Shown here: one piece after another, positions 41,601 to 53,047 of the stretch
How the letters are laid out: each line of letters begins with the position of its first letter
Numbering within the stretch: the stretch's first letter is position 1
Source of the DNA: Nitrospirota bacterium
GTDB taxonomy: Bacteria; Nitrospirota; UBA9217
Reading direction: 5' to 3'
Length of the DNA: 64,000 nucleotides
Assembly: GCA_963818475.1 (NCBI GenBank)
Contig: CAWFSF010000006.1
Span: forward strand, 2,208,001 to 2,272,000
The notes under the pieces: generated by a model
Told to the model about the DNA's origin: nothing
Databases searched by the model: none
What the model saw: the letters and a program-made list of their open reading frames with translations, nothing else
Position numbers and translations under genes: made by a program

Positions 41601-42323
41601 CCGGTACAGCAGGTACCAGGACAGCAACCGGACGCAGTGCCTGATAAAATCTGAGGAACTGATCGAGATTTCATCGAAGGCAGTCAACAAGGCTGCAACC
41701 GCCGAGGTGAGCAGGGCTGCAGTCAGGAGGTGAAACACCCTGATTTTGAAAATCCGGTCTTTTTGCAGCAGATTGATGATAGTAGCCTGATAGAGCAGAG
41801 CAATGCCGATTCCACCGGCATGCAGGAACATGGTGGGTTTGCCGTCGTCCGTGTAGCTGGGCGGGAACAACGGAAGGAACGCCGCACCAAGCAGCAGCGC
41901 CGTGACCGCAGCAAAGACCGCGCCGGTCTTCGCAGGGGACCCTTTCCGGCCGAGAAAGAAGGACGCAGCAAGCAGGGAAATGCTCTGGACCGCCATGGAC
42001 CCGAGCAAAAGCCGCGGCCCGAGATCGATCCCGAACTCCGGAAACATGCTTACGCCCTCGGTTAGTGCGTGGAACAGATAGAGGAGGGCGGAGGAGAGGC
42101 TGCCGTACCCGATAACCAGAAGAAAGGCATCCTCCTGCAACCGCCGCGTATTCCATGCAAAGATAAAGATGCTGAAAGACAGGAGGATGGTGAGCGCCTT
42201 GATGAGGCTGAAGGACAGCAGAAAACTGAAAAGGCTGGCGAGGTACAGTCCGAGCAGGACGGCGGCGACTGACGCCGGTTCCGCATATTTTCTTGCTGGA
42301 CCTATGGTTCGAGCAGAGAACAT
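38656..42323 (-). CDS. Membrane (MASE3-like)-PAS-PAS-GAF-PAS-PAS HisKA_3 sensor kinase (two frameshifts)
   Basis: ORFs 40761.., 40016.., 38656.. are consecutive; IAREIHDELGQ, QEALTNV.RHA, DNGKG. Confidence 0.85.
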
Positions 42324-42618
42324 CGCACTCCTGTTACTGGACGGAAAATGCAGCAAAACTCCATTGTCCGGCAAGGCATTGCCAGCCTGACCCTTCTGGC
42401 CGAAGCTCCCGCAGTGGGAAACACTTCGATCATACCGGATGCTCCCTGCTACCATGGCATATCAAACCGGCGTAATGCTGCGGGAGCAGGCTATAATATA
42501 ACATGGATTATTGCAGAAAACAGGAGTAAATTTCATGGAAATATGATTTATTTTTTGCACTCCCGTCTGCGCCGGGTTACTCCATTTACCTGAGCGACCC
42601 GCTCCGGGAGGTGGGCGG

Positions 42619-44587
42619 TTAAAACTGCTGCTGCAGTCTGCGAACGCTCGCTGCAAGCAACGTTGGATCGGTGATTGGTTCTCCGCAAAGCGTGCCCATA
42701 CAAGGGATCACGCGGCCGCCCTGGTCACCGTTGTACCGGATGACCGTATGGGCCCCGACAAATGCGCGGGCCGCCTGGGCAAGCATGCTCTCCGCAGGCG
42801 CCTCCACAGTCAGCGTCAGAAGGTGGAACCAGGCGTCGAGCCCGACGTAATAGGCGCCGGCATGGATGCCGATCTCCGCGGCAGCAGGTGCGAACAGCGA
42901 AAGCGCCCTGCCTGCTGCCTCCTGGTACCGGTCCTCTCCGGTCAGGCGATGGAGCTTGAGCAGCAGCATGATGGCCGTGCTGTTGGCCGACGGGTGCGGG
43001 ATGTCGTCAATACGCTTGAGCCGCGTGCCGAGCACCTCCTGCCCCGTATCGAAGAACCCTCCCTCGCTGTCCTGGAACGTTGCGAGGGTGAGCTGCATCA
43101 ACTCCCGGGCCTGCGCAAGGCGCCGTGCATCGCCCGTTGCTTCATAGGCCGACAGCAGGGCTTCAACAAGGTGGACATGATCATCGAGCAGTCCGGGAAT
43201 TCCCGCAGTGTGCAGAAGCTGCGAACCACTGATAATGCTCCCGCAGGATGCGGTTCAGGCTTGCGACTGAAAACTCCAGGAGCCAGGGATCCTTCAGCGC
43301 GCGGTGCGCACGGAGAAAGGACGCGATGAACATGCCGTTCAGGGAAGTGTAAAGCGTCCGATCGATAAACGGCGCCGGCCGCTCGTTTCGTGCACGGAGG
43401 AGCTTTTCCTTCCCGTCCGAGATGATTCGCTCCACGGAATCAAGGGGCAACGCGAGCTCCTGGGCGACCTCCCGGGGTTCCCGGGCAGTAAAGAGCACCT
43501 GGTGTGACGGATCGTGGTGCATGGCTCCGCGCGGATCGAGCAGGTGCCGCGACAGGACAGCATACTCTTCAGCGGTCAGGGCTTCACGGAACTCGTCATC
43601 GGTCCAGGTGAAATACCCTCCTTCGTCATCGGGTGTCACATCAGCGTCCTGGCTCGCAAAAAATCCACCTGCAGGATCGGACAGAACGTCGCGGCTGAAC
43701 CGGATGATCCCCTGTGCAACCGCTTTGAACCGCTCATCCTTGAACAGGGCATAGGCATCGACATAGTTCCGAAGCAGCCAGGCATTGTCGTCAGCCATCT
43801 TTTCAAAGTGCGGGATAGTCCATGCTTCGTCAACGGAATACCGGTGGAATCCGCCGCCCAGCTGATCATGGAATCCGCCGCGCGCCATGCTCTCCAGTGT
43901 TTTCCGGATCGCCAGTTCTACGAACGGGCCGTCTTGCGTCAGGGGATGACGGCGGATCAGAAATTCCAGGGCGCCCGGCATCGGGAACTTTGGTGATGCT
44001 CCGAAGCCGCCGTTTTTCGGATCATACTGCGTCAGGATCGTGGCCACCGCATCCGTGAGCGCCTGTTTTTGCAACCCGCCCGACTGGAATCGGTCCGGCT
44101 TCAGGGCTTCCCTGAGGCGGTCGGCAAAGTCCTCCACCTCTCCCCGCCGGGATCGATAGAACCCGCTGACCGATCTCAATACGGATTTGAAGCCCGGACG
44201 GCCGTGCAGGTCCTCGGGCGGAAAGTAGGTGCCGCCGAAAAAGGGCTTCCGGTCCGGGGTGAGGAACACCGAAAGGGGCCACCCGCTGCCGCTGCCCATG
44301 GCGGCAACAGCCAGCTGAAATCTCCGGTCGATGTCGGGCCGTTCGTCGCGGTCGAGCTTGACGCAAACAAAGAACTCGTTCATCAGCCGGGCGACCTCTT
44401 CATCCTGGAAGGATTCCTTGGCCATGACGTGGCACCAGTGGCACCAGACGGCGCCCGTGCTCAGAAAGACCGGTTTGTCCTCCTGGCGCGCCAGGTCGAA
44501 TGCTTCATCGGACCAGGGCCGCCAGTCAACGGGCTGGTCTGCGGCATGCCGCAGATAGGGCGATCGTTCGTTGGCAAGATGGTTCAT
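42619..44587 (-). CDS. YyaL/Spata20-like thioredoxin-domain protein (frameshifted)
   Basis: NHLANERSPYL, WCHWCHVM, DRDERPDID, PHFEKM, PSANS. Confidence 0.9.
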
Positions 44588-44720
44588 GGCAAAATTCCAA
44601 ATCCGAAGCACCAAATTTCAAATAATATCCAAATAGCGAAATTCGAATGACTGAAACGTTTGAAGCTTGCACTTTCGAATTTAGAATTTATTTGGAACTT
44701 GTAATTTGTCATTTGGCGCT

Positions 44721-45167
44721 TCAAAAGGTACTCGGGTCTTCCGGCGGCAGGCTGGCCTCGTCAAAGGGCAGAACGCCGAGCTGCATCATGACCGATTCAA
44801 CGCCCGCGAGCAGTTCCCGCGTGTCATATCCGTCGAGTTCCTGCTGCAGCGCTTTTTCGGTCAACTGGTCGAATGCCTCGAAATCGAAGGAGCCGTCAAG
44901 CACCCCAGACCGGACAAGCACAGCGTACAGGACCTTGCTGTCATACCTGCGCTCTCCAGGCCGGAATGCAAGCCGCGGCCCGGTCTCGGGCGATTCGGCA
45001 TAGGAAAGCATTGCGCCTTCCAGTGCGTCGTATAGCGTGACAATGCCTGCCGAGACCTTTCCCTGGCGCAATCTTCTTTTTCCACCCCGCAGATGCAGCC
45101 TCGCCCGCTGCAACGGACCTGCGACCGGCCCCAGCTCCTGCTCATTCATTAATCCGAAATGCGGCAT
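44721..45167 (-). CDS. Hypothetical protein
   Basis: MPHFGLM..LQRARLHLRGGKRRLRQGK; GGAG RBS. Confidence 0.7.
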   Translation of the reverse strand: MPHFGLMNEQELGPVAGPLQRARLHLRGGKRRLRQGKVSAGIVTLYDALEGAMLSYAESPETGPRLAFRPGERRYDSKVLYAVLVRSGVLDGSFDFEAFDQLTEKALQQELDGYDTRELLAGVESVMMQLGVLPFDEASLPPEDPSTF

Positions 45168-45314
45168 GGTCTGCTCTCCGAAACGGCACATGCGCTGATC
45201 AGACGCTCCTTCACCTGAGCCCCTGCCGCGCCTCACCGGACAATAGAAGACTTAAATAGTCCCATTATACCCGACAACTATCCATTTCTAGTATAGCACG
45301 GAGGAAGGGAAACG

Positions 45315-46619
45315 TCAGGAAGAGGTGGTTGTCATATCGCCGAACAACAGATAACCGCCTTTGCCGCCCTGCTTCACGCGGTACCTGGCCTGTTCCGCCC
45401 TGTTCAGCAGGGCCTCGGCGTCTTCGCCGTCACCAGGATAGAGGCTGATGCCGATGCTCGCACTGATCGAACATCGATGGCCCTTGAGGTCAAAGGGCTC
45501 CGAAAGAACAGCAACGATCTTGCGGGCCACGACCAGCGCGTCCTCGGCAGCCGTGATCCTGCAGCATATGCCGATGAACTCGTCGCCGCCCATGCGCGCG
45601 ATCGTGTCGGCCCTCCGGGTGGAAGACGCCATGCGTTTTGATGCCTCCTGCAGCAGCAGGTCGCCCACTTCATGGCCCAGCGTATCGTTGATCTTTTTGA
45701 AATGGTCCAGGTCCATATAGAGCAGCGCAAGCACAAAATGGTTCCGTTTCGCCAGCGCAAGGAGCTGGTCCATACGGTCGAAGAACAACGTGCGGTTCGT
45801 CAGTCCGGTGAGCGGGTCATAGAGCGCCAGGTGTTCGAGCCGCTGCGCCACCTGTTTTCGTTCGGCAATATCGCGGAAGATCGTCTGCACCGTCAGTTTT
45901 CCTTCCAGGGAAAAGGAGATGCTGGCAACCTCGACATCGATGACCGCTCCGTCGATCCGGATGAATTTTTCTTCGATCCAGGGTGCGCTGCCGGACTGCG
46001 CTTCCAGCTGCTGCATCCGCGAGCGCACCATGGCCCGGTAGTCGGGATGCACGATGTCGTAGATCGACCGGTTGGTCAATTGTTCCGGCCGTGCCGCACC
46101 GAGAATACGCGCGCCGGCGGGATTGACAAAGGAAAACAGGCCCCCGCAATGGATGGCGATCCCGTCCGGTGAAAGCTCGACCAGGCGGCGGTACCGTTCT
46201 TCGCTCTCCCGCAGGTTTTCCTGCATCTGGCGATGCTCTTTGACGAGCTGCTGTTTGTAGAGCACCTGGCCGATGACCGCCGGGAGCAGCTCCAGGTACC
46301 GCATCTCGGCGTCCTTCACCACGTAATCGGCTGCTCCGAGCTTAAGCGCCTCGACCGCTATGGACTCATTTCCTTCTCCCGTGACCATGATGATCGGGAC
46401 CGAGGACCCCTGCTCGGACAGGATCCGGATAACATCGAGCCCGCCGAGGAACGGCATGTTATAGTCGACAAGCAGCACATCAAACCGGCCTGCCGCGACC
46501 TTCTGCAGCCCGTCCTCGCCGTCCACCGCCGTATCGACGACAAATCCCTTCCGCCTCAGGCCCTTCTGCAGCAGGACGGAAAGGCCGGGGTCATCCTCCA
46601 TATACAGTACATGGGTCAT
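45315..46619 (-). CDS. REC-PAS-GGDEF diguanylate cyclase
   Basis: MEDD..DYNMP; YDPLTGL; RMGGDEF. Confidence 0.92.
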   Translation of the reverse strand: MTHVLYMEDDPGLSVLLQKGLRRKGFVVDTAVDGEDGLQKVAAGRFDVLLVDYNMPFLGGLDVIRILSEQGSSVPIIMVTGEGNESIAVEALKLGAADYVVKDAEMRYLELLPAVIGQVLYKQQLVKEHRQMQENLRESEERYRRLVELSPDGIAIHCGGLFSFVNPAGARILGAARPEQLTNRSIYDIVHPDYRAMVRSRMQQLEAQSGSAPWIEEKFIRIDGAVIDVEVASISFSLEGKLTVQTIFRDIAERKQVAQRLEHLALYDPLTGLTNRTLFFDRMDQLLALAKRNHFVLALLYMDLDHFKKINDTLGHEVGDLLLQEASKRMASSTRRADTIARMGGDEFIGICCRITAAEDALVVARKIVAVLSEPFDLKGHRCSISASIGISLYPGDGEDAEALLNRAEQARYRVKQGGKGGYLLFGDMTTTSS

Positions 46620-46748
46620 TATGATATCGGCCACGACCTTCACACCCTCCGGAATTACTTATGATTCTCGTTTGTAGTTCTCTGCGAGCTTGGCGGCTCT
46701 GCGCGAGACGCCTTGCTGGTGACCTGCATAGATACGAAGTTTCTTTAT

Positions 46749-49052
46749 TCAGTCCTCGCCGCCGGCTATTCGCTGGACGCGGTCATCCGCATTCTGCGGG
46801 TCATCCGGCTCAGGCGGGGCTGCAGGGACAGAAAAGCTGAAGGTCGTTCCGACGCCCATCTGCGATTCGCACCAGATGCGTCCGCCCAGCAGCCGCAACA
46901 GGGTCTTGACATAGGCCAGCCCCATGCCTTCTCCCGGCACATCCTGCGGTCCCACGCGGCGGAAGAGATCGAAAGCCTTGGGAACGTCCTCGCTCGCCAT
47001 CCCCCGTCCGTTATCGCAGATATGGAAGACGATGTTTCGCCCGTCGTGGTCGGCGCCCACCGTTATGCGCCCCGGCCTGCCGGGCGCAAGGTACTTTATG
47101 GCGTTGTCCAGGAGATTGCCGAAGATCTGCTCCAAAGCCGTGCGGTCCGTTATTATATCAGGGAGCGGCTCCACCATGACTTGGATCTGGCGGCTCTCGA
47201 TCTGGTGCGCCAGAGAGTTCAGGAGCCCCTGCACGAAAACGGTGGTCTGGAGCGGTTCGGGATTCAGCCTGCGCCTGCCAACGCGTGAGAGCTTCAGAAT
47301 GGCGGTAATAAGATTGTCCATCCGGCTCACCGATGTCCCGATGAACTGGAGCGCCTCGGGGATGTCTTTTTCGATGATGGAGAGATAGTTGCGCCGTCGC
47401 CCGTCATCGAGCTGGTCCAGAGAGGTCATGACCATCGGCGTCAGCTCTCTGATGCTGTAGATAAGCTCATCGGAAAAACCTCTGATATTGACGAGCGGCG
47501 CCCGAAGGTCGTGCGACACGATGTAGGCGAAATTCCGGAGGTCATCGTTGATCAGGGCCAGTTCCTCTGAATAGCTCTTGAGCTGCGCCTCATCCCGTTT
47601 ATTTTCGGTGATGTCCTGGGCGACGCAGACAATGCCCTGCACCAGACCTTGCGCATCACGCAGGACCGACGCCGAGAAGAGCACGGGGATCCTCCGTCCG
47701 TCGCTTCCCCGATACCATCGTTCCTGGTTGCTGATCGATCCCCGGGCGAGCACGCCCGCGATCCCGTAGTCCGTGCTTCCTGCATCTCCGCCAAGAATAA
47801 GGGTAAAAGGCTGTCCGACAAGCTCCTCCACCTGATATCCCAGCAGAAAACAGGCCGCTTCGTTCAGCCGGGTGATCGTGCCTTCCGGCGAGACCACGAT
47901 AAGGGTGTCCATCATGCTGGAGACGATGTTGTCCATATAATCCCGGGAAACCGTCGTTCGCTCGAGGTCGGCTGCCATGCGGTTGAAGCTCTGGACCAGC
48001 GTCTGTACCTCTCCCGTGGATCTCATGTCCACCTGCGCCGAAAGGTCCCCTTGCGCAAGCCGGTCCGCGGCATGGGCGAGCCGAACAATGGGCCGTGAAA
48101 AATAACGCGAGACATAATAGGCGATCACGGTCGAAACCACCAGGAGGAGCAGGAACACGATGAACACAAATCTGAGCATGGACCGGATATCATCAAGCAG
48201 GAGAGCATCGGGGATGCTGATTGCCACCCGCAGCAGCGGCGCTTCCGGCGTGATGAAAAAGTCCTGATACACCAGCATGCCGCCGTCTTCCACCAGCAAC
48301 TTCCGGTCCTGCTCCACACTCCGCTGCAGATGGGGCCGGGGATCGAAGATCGCCTGCTGGTGCTCGGGCTGCTTCAGTACGGTCCCCTCGGAAGTAAACG
48401 CCCAGATCGGATTTTCACCCAATATCCTGATAGCATCGAGGTACTCGAGGAATTCCTCCAGATTGTAGTCGAGAACAAGACCGCCAAGATAGTTCCCATT
48501 ATCAGCGTCGGTCTTGTCAATGCCGATGGAAAAAGAGACCTGCCCCTGGAGGTCTTCCCCCGGGGGAGACACGCGAATGGATCCGGGGGCATCGGTGGTA
48601 AGCTGCGCGAACACGCTGCGCCTGCCGGCACTCCCGGCCTGCTTCGCGCGTCCGGCCCGGCCGATCGTGATCACCTCTCTGCCTGTGGCATCCATAAGCG
48701 AGATGTTTTGATAGGAGGGAAAATAACGGAGCGATTCGCGAAACAACCGCTCGACAGAACGCGCAGCGATCTCACGTTCCGGGCCGGAGGACCGGAGGAA
48801 ATCGTCCAGGGTGGGATTGGCCGCAAGCATGCGCAGGTCGGTGGAAAGCTTGTCCCGGAGCTCGTCATTAAAATGATATCTGATCGTCACGAACTGCTGC
48901 AGGACACTTTCAATGGTTTGCTGCTCGATATGCCGTTTGCTGAACGTATAGTAGACAGCGGTCAGCAGTCCGCTAATGATAATGACAACGATCATGAACG
49001 CGATCAGGAGCTGGGAAAATATCGATAATCCTGTATACCGCTTTTCGCTCAT
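46749..49052 (-). CDS. HAMP-PAS sensor histidine kinase
   Basis: 2 TM, HAMP, VSHDLRAPL, NLLDNAIKY, GMGLA. Confidence 0.9.
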   Translation of the reverse strand: MSEKRYTGLSIFSQLLIAFMIVVIIISGLLTAVYYTFSKRHIEQQTIESVLQQFVTIRYHFNDELRDKLSTDLRMLAANPTLDDFLRSSGPEREIAARSVERLFRESLRYFPSYQNISLMDATGREVITIGRAGRAKQAGSAGRRSVFAQLTTDAPGSIRVSPPGEDLQGQVSFSIGIDKTDADNGNYLGGLVLDYNLEEFLEYLDAIRILGENPIWAFTSEGTVLKQPEHQQAIFDPRPHLQRSVEQDRKLLVEDGGMLVYQDFFITPEAPLLRVAISIPDALLLDDIRSMLRFVFIVFLLLLVVSTVIAYYVSRYFSRPIVRLAHAADRLAQGDLSAQVDMRSTGEVQTLVQSFNRMAADLERTTVSRDYMDNIVSSMMDTLIVVSPEGTITRLNEAACFLLGYQVEELVGQPFTLILGGDAGSTDYGIAGVLARGSISNQERWYRGSDGRRIPVLFSASVLRDAQGLVQGIVCVAQDITENKRDEAQLKSYSEELALINDDLRNFAYIVSHDLRAPLVNIRGFSDELIYSIRELTPMVMTSLDQLDDGRRRNYLSIIEKDIPEALQFIGTSVSRMDNLITAILKLSRVGRRRLNPEPLQTTVFVQGLLNSLAHQIESRQIQVMVEPLPDIITDRTALEQIFGNLLDNAIKYLAPGRPGRITVGADHDGRNIVFHICDNGRGMASEDVPKAFDLFRRVGPQDVPGEGMGLAYVKTLLRLLGGRIWCESQMGVGTTFSFSVPAAPPEPDDPQNADDRVQRIAGGED

Positions 49053-49104
49053 TGACTCTCCCGGCCCATCTGCTTCGCGAGATGTGCCCCCCGCACCTGG
49101 CCGA

Positions 49105-49548
49105 TTACTCCTTTTCCGGCACCTTGACGATGGCGAGGAACAATCCGAGCATCCGGATGGCTTCGGACAACTTATCGTACTCCACCGGTTTCGTGACATA
49201 GACATTGCACCCCAGTTCATAACACCGGGATATTTCCTGCGGATTATCCGTCGTTGTCAGCACAACGACAGGGATCTGCCTGGTGCGGGGATCGTTCTTG
49301 ATGATTTTCAGCACCTGGTATCCGTCCAGAACGGGAAGATTGAGGTCGAGCAGAATGAGGAACGGCGCAGGATGGGGATCGTTCTCGTACCCCGCCTTGT
49401 TGAACAGGTAGTCAACGGCCCGCTGACCGTTGTCAAGCGCGACAATGATGTTGGTTATCCCGGCGCGGCGAAGGTTTTTCTCGATCAGCAGTGCGTGACC
49501 GGGATCGTCTTCTACCAGCAGGATCGTTACAGGTTTGTGCAGATCCAT
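49105..49548 (-). CDS. Rcp1-type single-domain response regulator
   Basis: LLVEDD, LLDLNLP, LTT, CYELG.NVYVTKP. Confidence 0.9.
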   Translation of the reverse strand: MDLHKPVTILLVEDDPGHALLIEKNLRRAGITNIIVALDNGQRAVDYLFNKAGYENDPHPAPFLILLDLNLPVLDGYQVLKIIKNDPRTRQIPVVVLTTTDNPQEISRCYELGCNVYVTKPVEYDKLSEAIRMLGLFLAIVKVPEKE

Positions 49549-49718
49549 GGCTGCGGTCTCCTCTCAGGGGCGCCCGGTCGTTCATCCGCAAGACGCCGCG
49601 TCAGCATATCATATCCATGCCCTCTGCGAAACAGCGAGCACATCCACCCTGTTTCGCAGAGAGCACGTGCAGCAGCGCCGCAAGCCTGGCCGGCCGGAGA
49701 CGGGAAAACTCCTGCTGC

Positions 49719-51002
49719 TCAGGGGGACCAGGCAGGCGAGCTGTAATTGGCGTCGTTCGGCGTGATCCGCTCTAGGTCCGAACCGTCGGCGTTCATGATA
49801 TAGATATTCGACCTGCCGCCGCGGTTCGAGCTGAACACGATCTGCCGGCCGCTGGGCGACCATGACGGGTTCTCGTCGTTCCCCGGGCCGCTGGTCAACA
49901 GGCGCTGCTCGGAACCGTCGGGGTTGATCGTGGCGATCTTGAAGAGCCCGCCGACCTGAGCTACGAATACGATGCGGTCGCCGCGCGGCGACCAGTTCGG
50001 CGATGCGTTATAGGACCCCTCGAAGGTCACGCGCCGCACATTGGTGCCGTCGGCGCCCATGATATAGAGCTGCGGCGTTCCCGCTCTTCCGGAATTGAAA
50101 ACGATCTCCCGGTTGTTCGGCGCCCAGGAAGGCGCCACGTTGTCGGAGATGCCGAAGGTAAGCCGCTCCAGGTCGCGGCCATCGCTGTTCATGGTGTAGA
50201 TCTCGGTGCCGCCGTCCTTGCTGAGCGCCAGAGCCAGCCGCTTGCCGTCGGGCGACCATGCCGGCGAGATGTTCAGCCCTTCGGTCCCCGAGATCTTCCA
50301 CCGCTTGCCCGTTCCCAGGTCAAGACCGAAGAGATCGGGGTTCCTGTCCCGGTACGACACATACGCAAGGATCCTTCCGTCGGGACTCCATGCAGGAGAC
50401 AGGCAGATCGAGCGGTCAGCCGTGACCTTCAGGGAGTTTTTTCCGTCATAGTCCATGACGTACAGTTCCTTATTCCGGGTCTTGTCCGATACATAGGCGA
50501 TGCGGGTCCGGGCAACGCCCTTCTCACCCGTGTAGCGGGCAACGATCTCGTCGGCAAAGGAATGGGCAAGGCGGCGGACGGACTCAGCACTGCCGTTATA
50601 CTGCATGCTTGTCAGTTTTGAGCCTGAAGCGGCGTCATACAGTGTGCCGTTCAATCGGAGCGCGCTTCCGCTGCGCTGCATCGATGCCCAAACCACCCCG
50701 GTCAGCCCGAAAGTGCCACCCCGCTTCACGAGCTCACCGGTCGGCTCCTGCCGGCCGGAGTAGACCAAGTCGATCTTTTTCGGGTCCTGCACGTCAAAGA
50801 TCTGCGAGCGGCGCAAGTCGGTCTCAAGCACGGCCAGCGCCTCGTCACGAAGCAGAGGAGCGCCGGCTTCATCAACGATAGCCAAGACAGCGATCGGGAT
50901 CTTCTTTGCCTCGCCCTGGATCACACCGAGATAATATTCGGCATGGCCGGTAGCTGCTGCCATCAGTATACAGAGCGTTAAAATTTTCAGGATAGGTTTC
51001 AT
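49719..51002 (-). CDS. tolB: Tol-Pal beta-propeller protein TolB
   Basis: TRIAYV, MDYDG, repeated SPAWSPDG. Confidence 0.95.
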   Translation of the reverse strand: MKPILKILTLCILMAAATGHAEYYLGVIQGEAKKIPIAVLAIVDEAGAPLLRDEALAVLETDLRRSQIFDVQDPKKIDLVYSGRQEPTGELVKRGGTFGLTGVVWASMQRSGSALRLNGTLYDAASGSKLTSMQYNGSAESVRRLAHSFADEIVARYTGEKGVARTRIAYVSDKTRNKELYVMDYDGKNSLKVTADRSICLSPAWSPDGRILAYVSYRDRNPDLFGLDLGTGKRWKISGTEGLNISPAWSPDGKRLALALSKDGGTEIYTMNSDGRDLERLTFGISDNVAPSWAPNNREIVFNSGRAGTPQLYIMGADGTNVRRVTFEGSYNASPNWSPRGDRIVFVAQVGGLFKIATINPDGSEQRLLTSGPGNDENPSWSPSGRQIVFSSNRGGRSNIYIMNADGSDLERITPNDANYSSPAWSP

Positions 51003-51043
51003 AATAGGAATTCAGGGTACAGGGTATTACTGACCCTCGCTGT

Positions 51044-51797
51044 TCAATCCTTCGGTATCAGATCAACGCTAATATCCACATACTCCCGGGGATACTCATC
51101 CGGCAGCTGTGGAAAGGCTCGACAAAAGGATCGTACGGATTGCGGCCTGGTCGAAATAGAAGTTCCCGCTCGACTCCTGAAGTTTCACTTCAGCTACTCC
51201 TGCCCGAACGGAGAATCCTGAACATGACCTTGGACCTGGCTTCCCTGACACCCTGCGGAGGCTTCCAGTTACGGTTCGATCTTATTTCTCACGAAGGGAA
51301 GGTAGCCCGCGAGGCCGGGAAGCTGGTTTTGCGCTCCCGCTGACACGGCTACTGCCTCTTTTTTTGGAGCGGTCCCCGACAGGGGAAGGCTGCCCTGAGA
51401 GCGCTGCTGGTTTTTCTTTTTCCGTTGTCGCTTCAGGCTGCTGCTCGATCTTTTTTTTCGCCGCCTTTGGCGCGCCAAGATCGGGCATGGCGCTCTTTGC
51501 TGCCGCCGGAGGTTTTGCAGCCGCAGGCGCTTTGGGCGCTGTTTTTTTCTGGGCCGGCACCTCCTCGGGTTTCGGCGGAGGAGGCGAAGCTTCCTGGGGC
51601 AGCGCCGGGCCGACCGCGGTCGGGGCGCTCACCAGCGCGACCTGGTAGGAGATCGGGATCGAGATCTTCGGGGAAACTGCAAAATTGTACACCAGGACCG
51701 CGGCAATGAGAAGACCGTGGATGATGAATGAAAAAAGTATCGCCGCAGCAAGCTCCTGACCCGACTGTCCGATCCTTTTCCAGCGGATCAGCCTCAT
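51044..51797 (-). CDS. tolA: TolA/TonB-like energy transducer (frameshifted)
   Basis: SFIIH TM motif, Pro/Ala/Lys linker, C-terminal SSGN.YFDQAA..PFPQLP; lies between tolR and tolB. Confidence 0.75.
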
Positions 51798-52213
51798 TTC
51801 CCGGTCTCGCCTCCCGCAGCCGGTTCGGTCACCATGCCGAGACGGTCGATGCCCGCCCGCTTGACGATATCCATCACCTGCACCACGGCGCCGTAGGGCG
51901 CATCACGGTCGGCTCTGAGATACACATTGATCTGCGGATTGGTCTTGCGGATCGAGCCGAGCACGTCCCCGAGCTTGCTGATATCCACGCGCTCCTTTTC
52001 CACGAACAGTTCCTGCGCGCGGGTGACGGTCAGCACGATGCGGTCCTCGGGCTTGACCGTATTGGCCCCGGACTTCGGCAGGTTCACGTCGAGCCCCCGG
52101 CTCATCATAGGAGAAAGGATCATGTAGAAGAACAGCACCACGAGCAGCACGTCGATGAGCGGGACCAGGTTCAGCTCACGCATGATCGTGCTGTTCCTGC
52201 GCTCAAAGCTCAT
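51794..52213 (-). CDS. tolR: TolR/ExbD
   Basis: NLVPLIDVLLV, LRADRDAPYG.VV.VM. Confidence 0.9.
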   Translation of the reverse strand: MSFERRNSTIMRELNLVPLIDVLLVVLFFYMILSPMMSRGLDVNLPKSGANTVKPEDRIVLTVTRAQELFVEKERVDISKLGDVLGSIRKTNPQINVYLRADRDAPYGAVVQVMDIVKRAGIDRLGMVTEPAAGGETGK

Positions 52214-52932
52214 GGCTGCCTCCGAACGAGCGTCCGCTGAATGAAGCTCAGGAATTCCATGGAGAAGGAGTCCATCCTGGTCGCGATGCCCCTGATCTTC
52301 TCCGAAAAGTAGTTATAGGCGATCACGGCGGGAATAGCGACGAAGAGCCCCATGGAGGTGTTGATGAGCGCTTCGGCAAGCCCCGGCGCCAGCGCGCCGA
52401 TGTCACCCGACCCCTTCAGCCCAATTCCGTAAAAAGCATCCATGATGCCCCAGACCGTGCCGAAAAGCCCGAGCAGCGGGCCGACCGTGCCGGCAGTGCC
52501 GAGGAACGCCAGGTAGCGTTCCATGTACGAGATCTCATCCTGCGTCGTGACCTTGAGCGCCCTTTCCATCTCTTCGCCCAGCATCTTGCGGTCCTCATCG
52601 GCCACCGTTTTGTTCGGCAGCGATTTGACGATGGATTCTGCCTCCCGGTAGCCTTCCATGAACAGCGTGGCCATGGGGCTGAATTTCTTTTTTTCAGCGA
52701 ACTTCAGGAGTTCCTGAGCATCCTTGGTCCTGCGAAACTCCGTCATGAACAGCTTCGACTCCTGTTCCGCCTTCCGCAGATACTGATACTTCATAAGAAT
52801 CATGGCCCAGGTCACGACCGAGACCCCCAGAAGGATCACCACGATCACCTTGCCTACCCAACCAGACTCCAGGAACAGACCTAAGATACCGCTTCCCATA
52901 CCCGGTGTCGTACTTACCGCCAGTGCGAACAT
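52210..52932 (-). CDS. tolQ: TolQ/ExbB
   Basis: GPLLGLFGTVWGIM, APGLAEAL, GLFVAIPA. Confidence 0.92.
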   Translation of the reverse strand: MFALAVSTTPGMGSGILGLFLESGWVGKVIVVILLGVSVVTWAMILMKYQYLRKAEQESKLFMTEFRRTKDAQELLKFAEKKKFSPMATLFMEGYREAESIVKSLPNKTVADEDRKMLGEEMERALKVTTQDEISYMERYLAFLGTAGTVGPLLGLFGTVWGIMDAFYGIGLKGSGDIGALAPGLAEALINTSMGLFVAIPAVIAYNYFSEKIRGIATRMDSFSMEFLSFIQRTLVRRQP

Positions 52933-52958
52933 TCACGTACCTCCAATAATGAAAAATA

Positions 52959-53008
52959 AACTACTCCGCCGCAAGCGGCGGGGAATTCAACCCGGAGTGG
53001 CGATTAAA
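52959..53008. repeat. Palindromic element resembling IS200/IS605-type end hairpins
   Basis: CTCCGCCGC-AA-GCGGCGGGG. Confidence 0.4.
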
Positions 53009-53047
53009 AATTACGGTATTGCTATTCTGCATATTGAATCTTGAATA

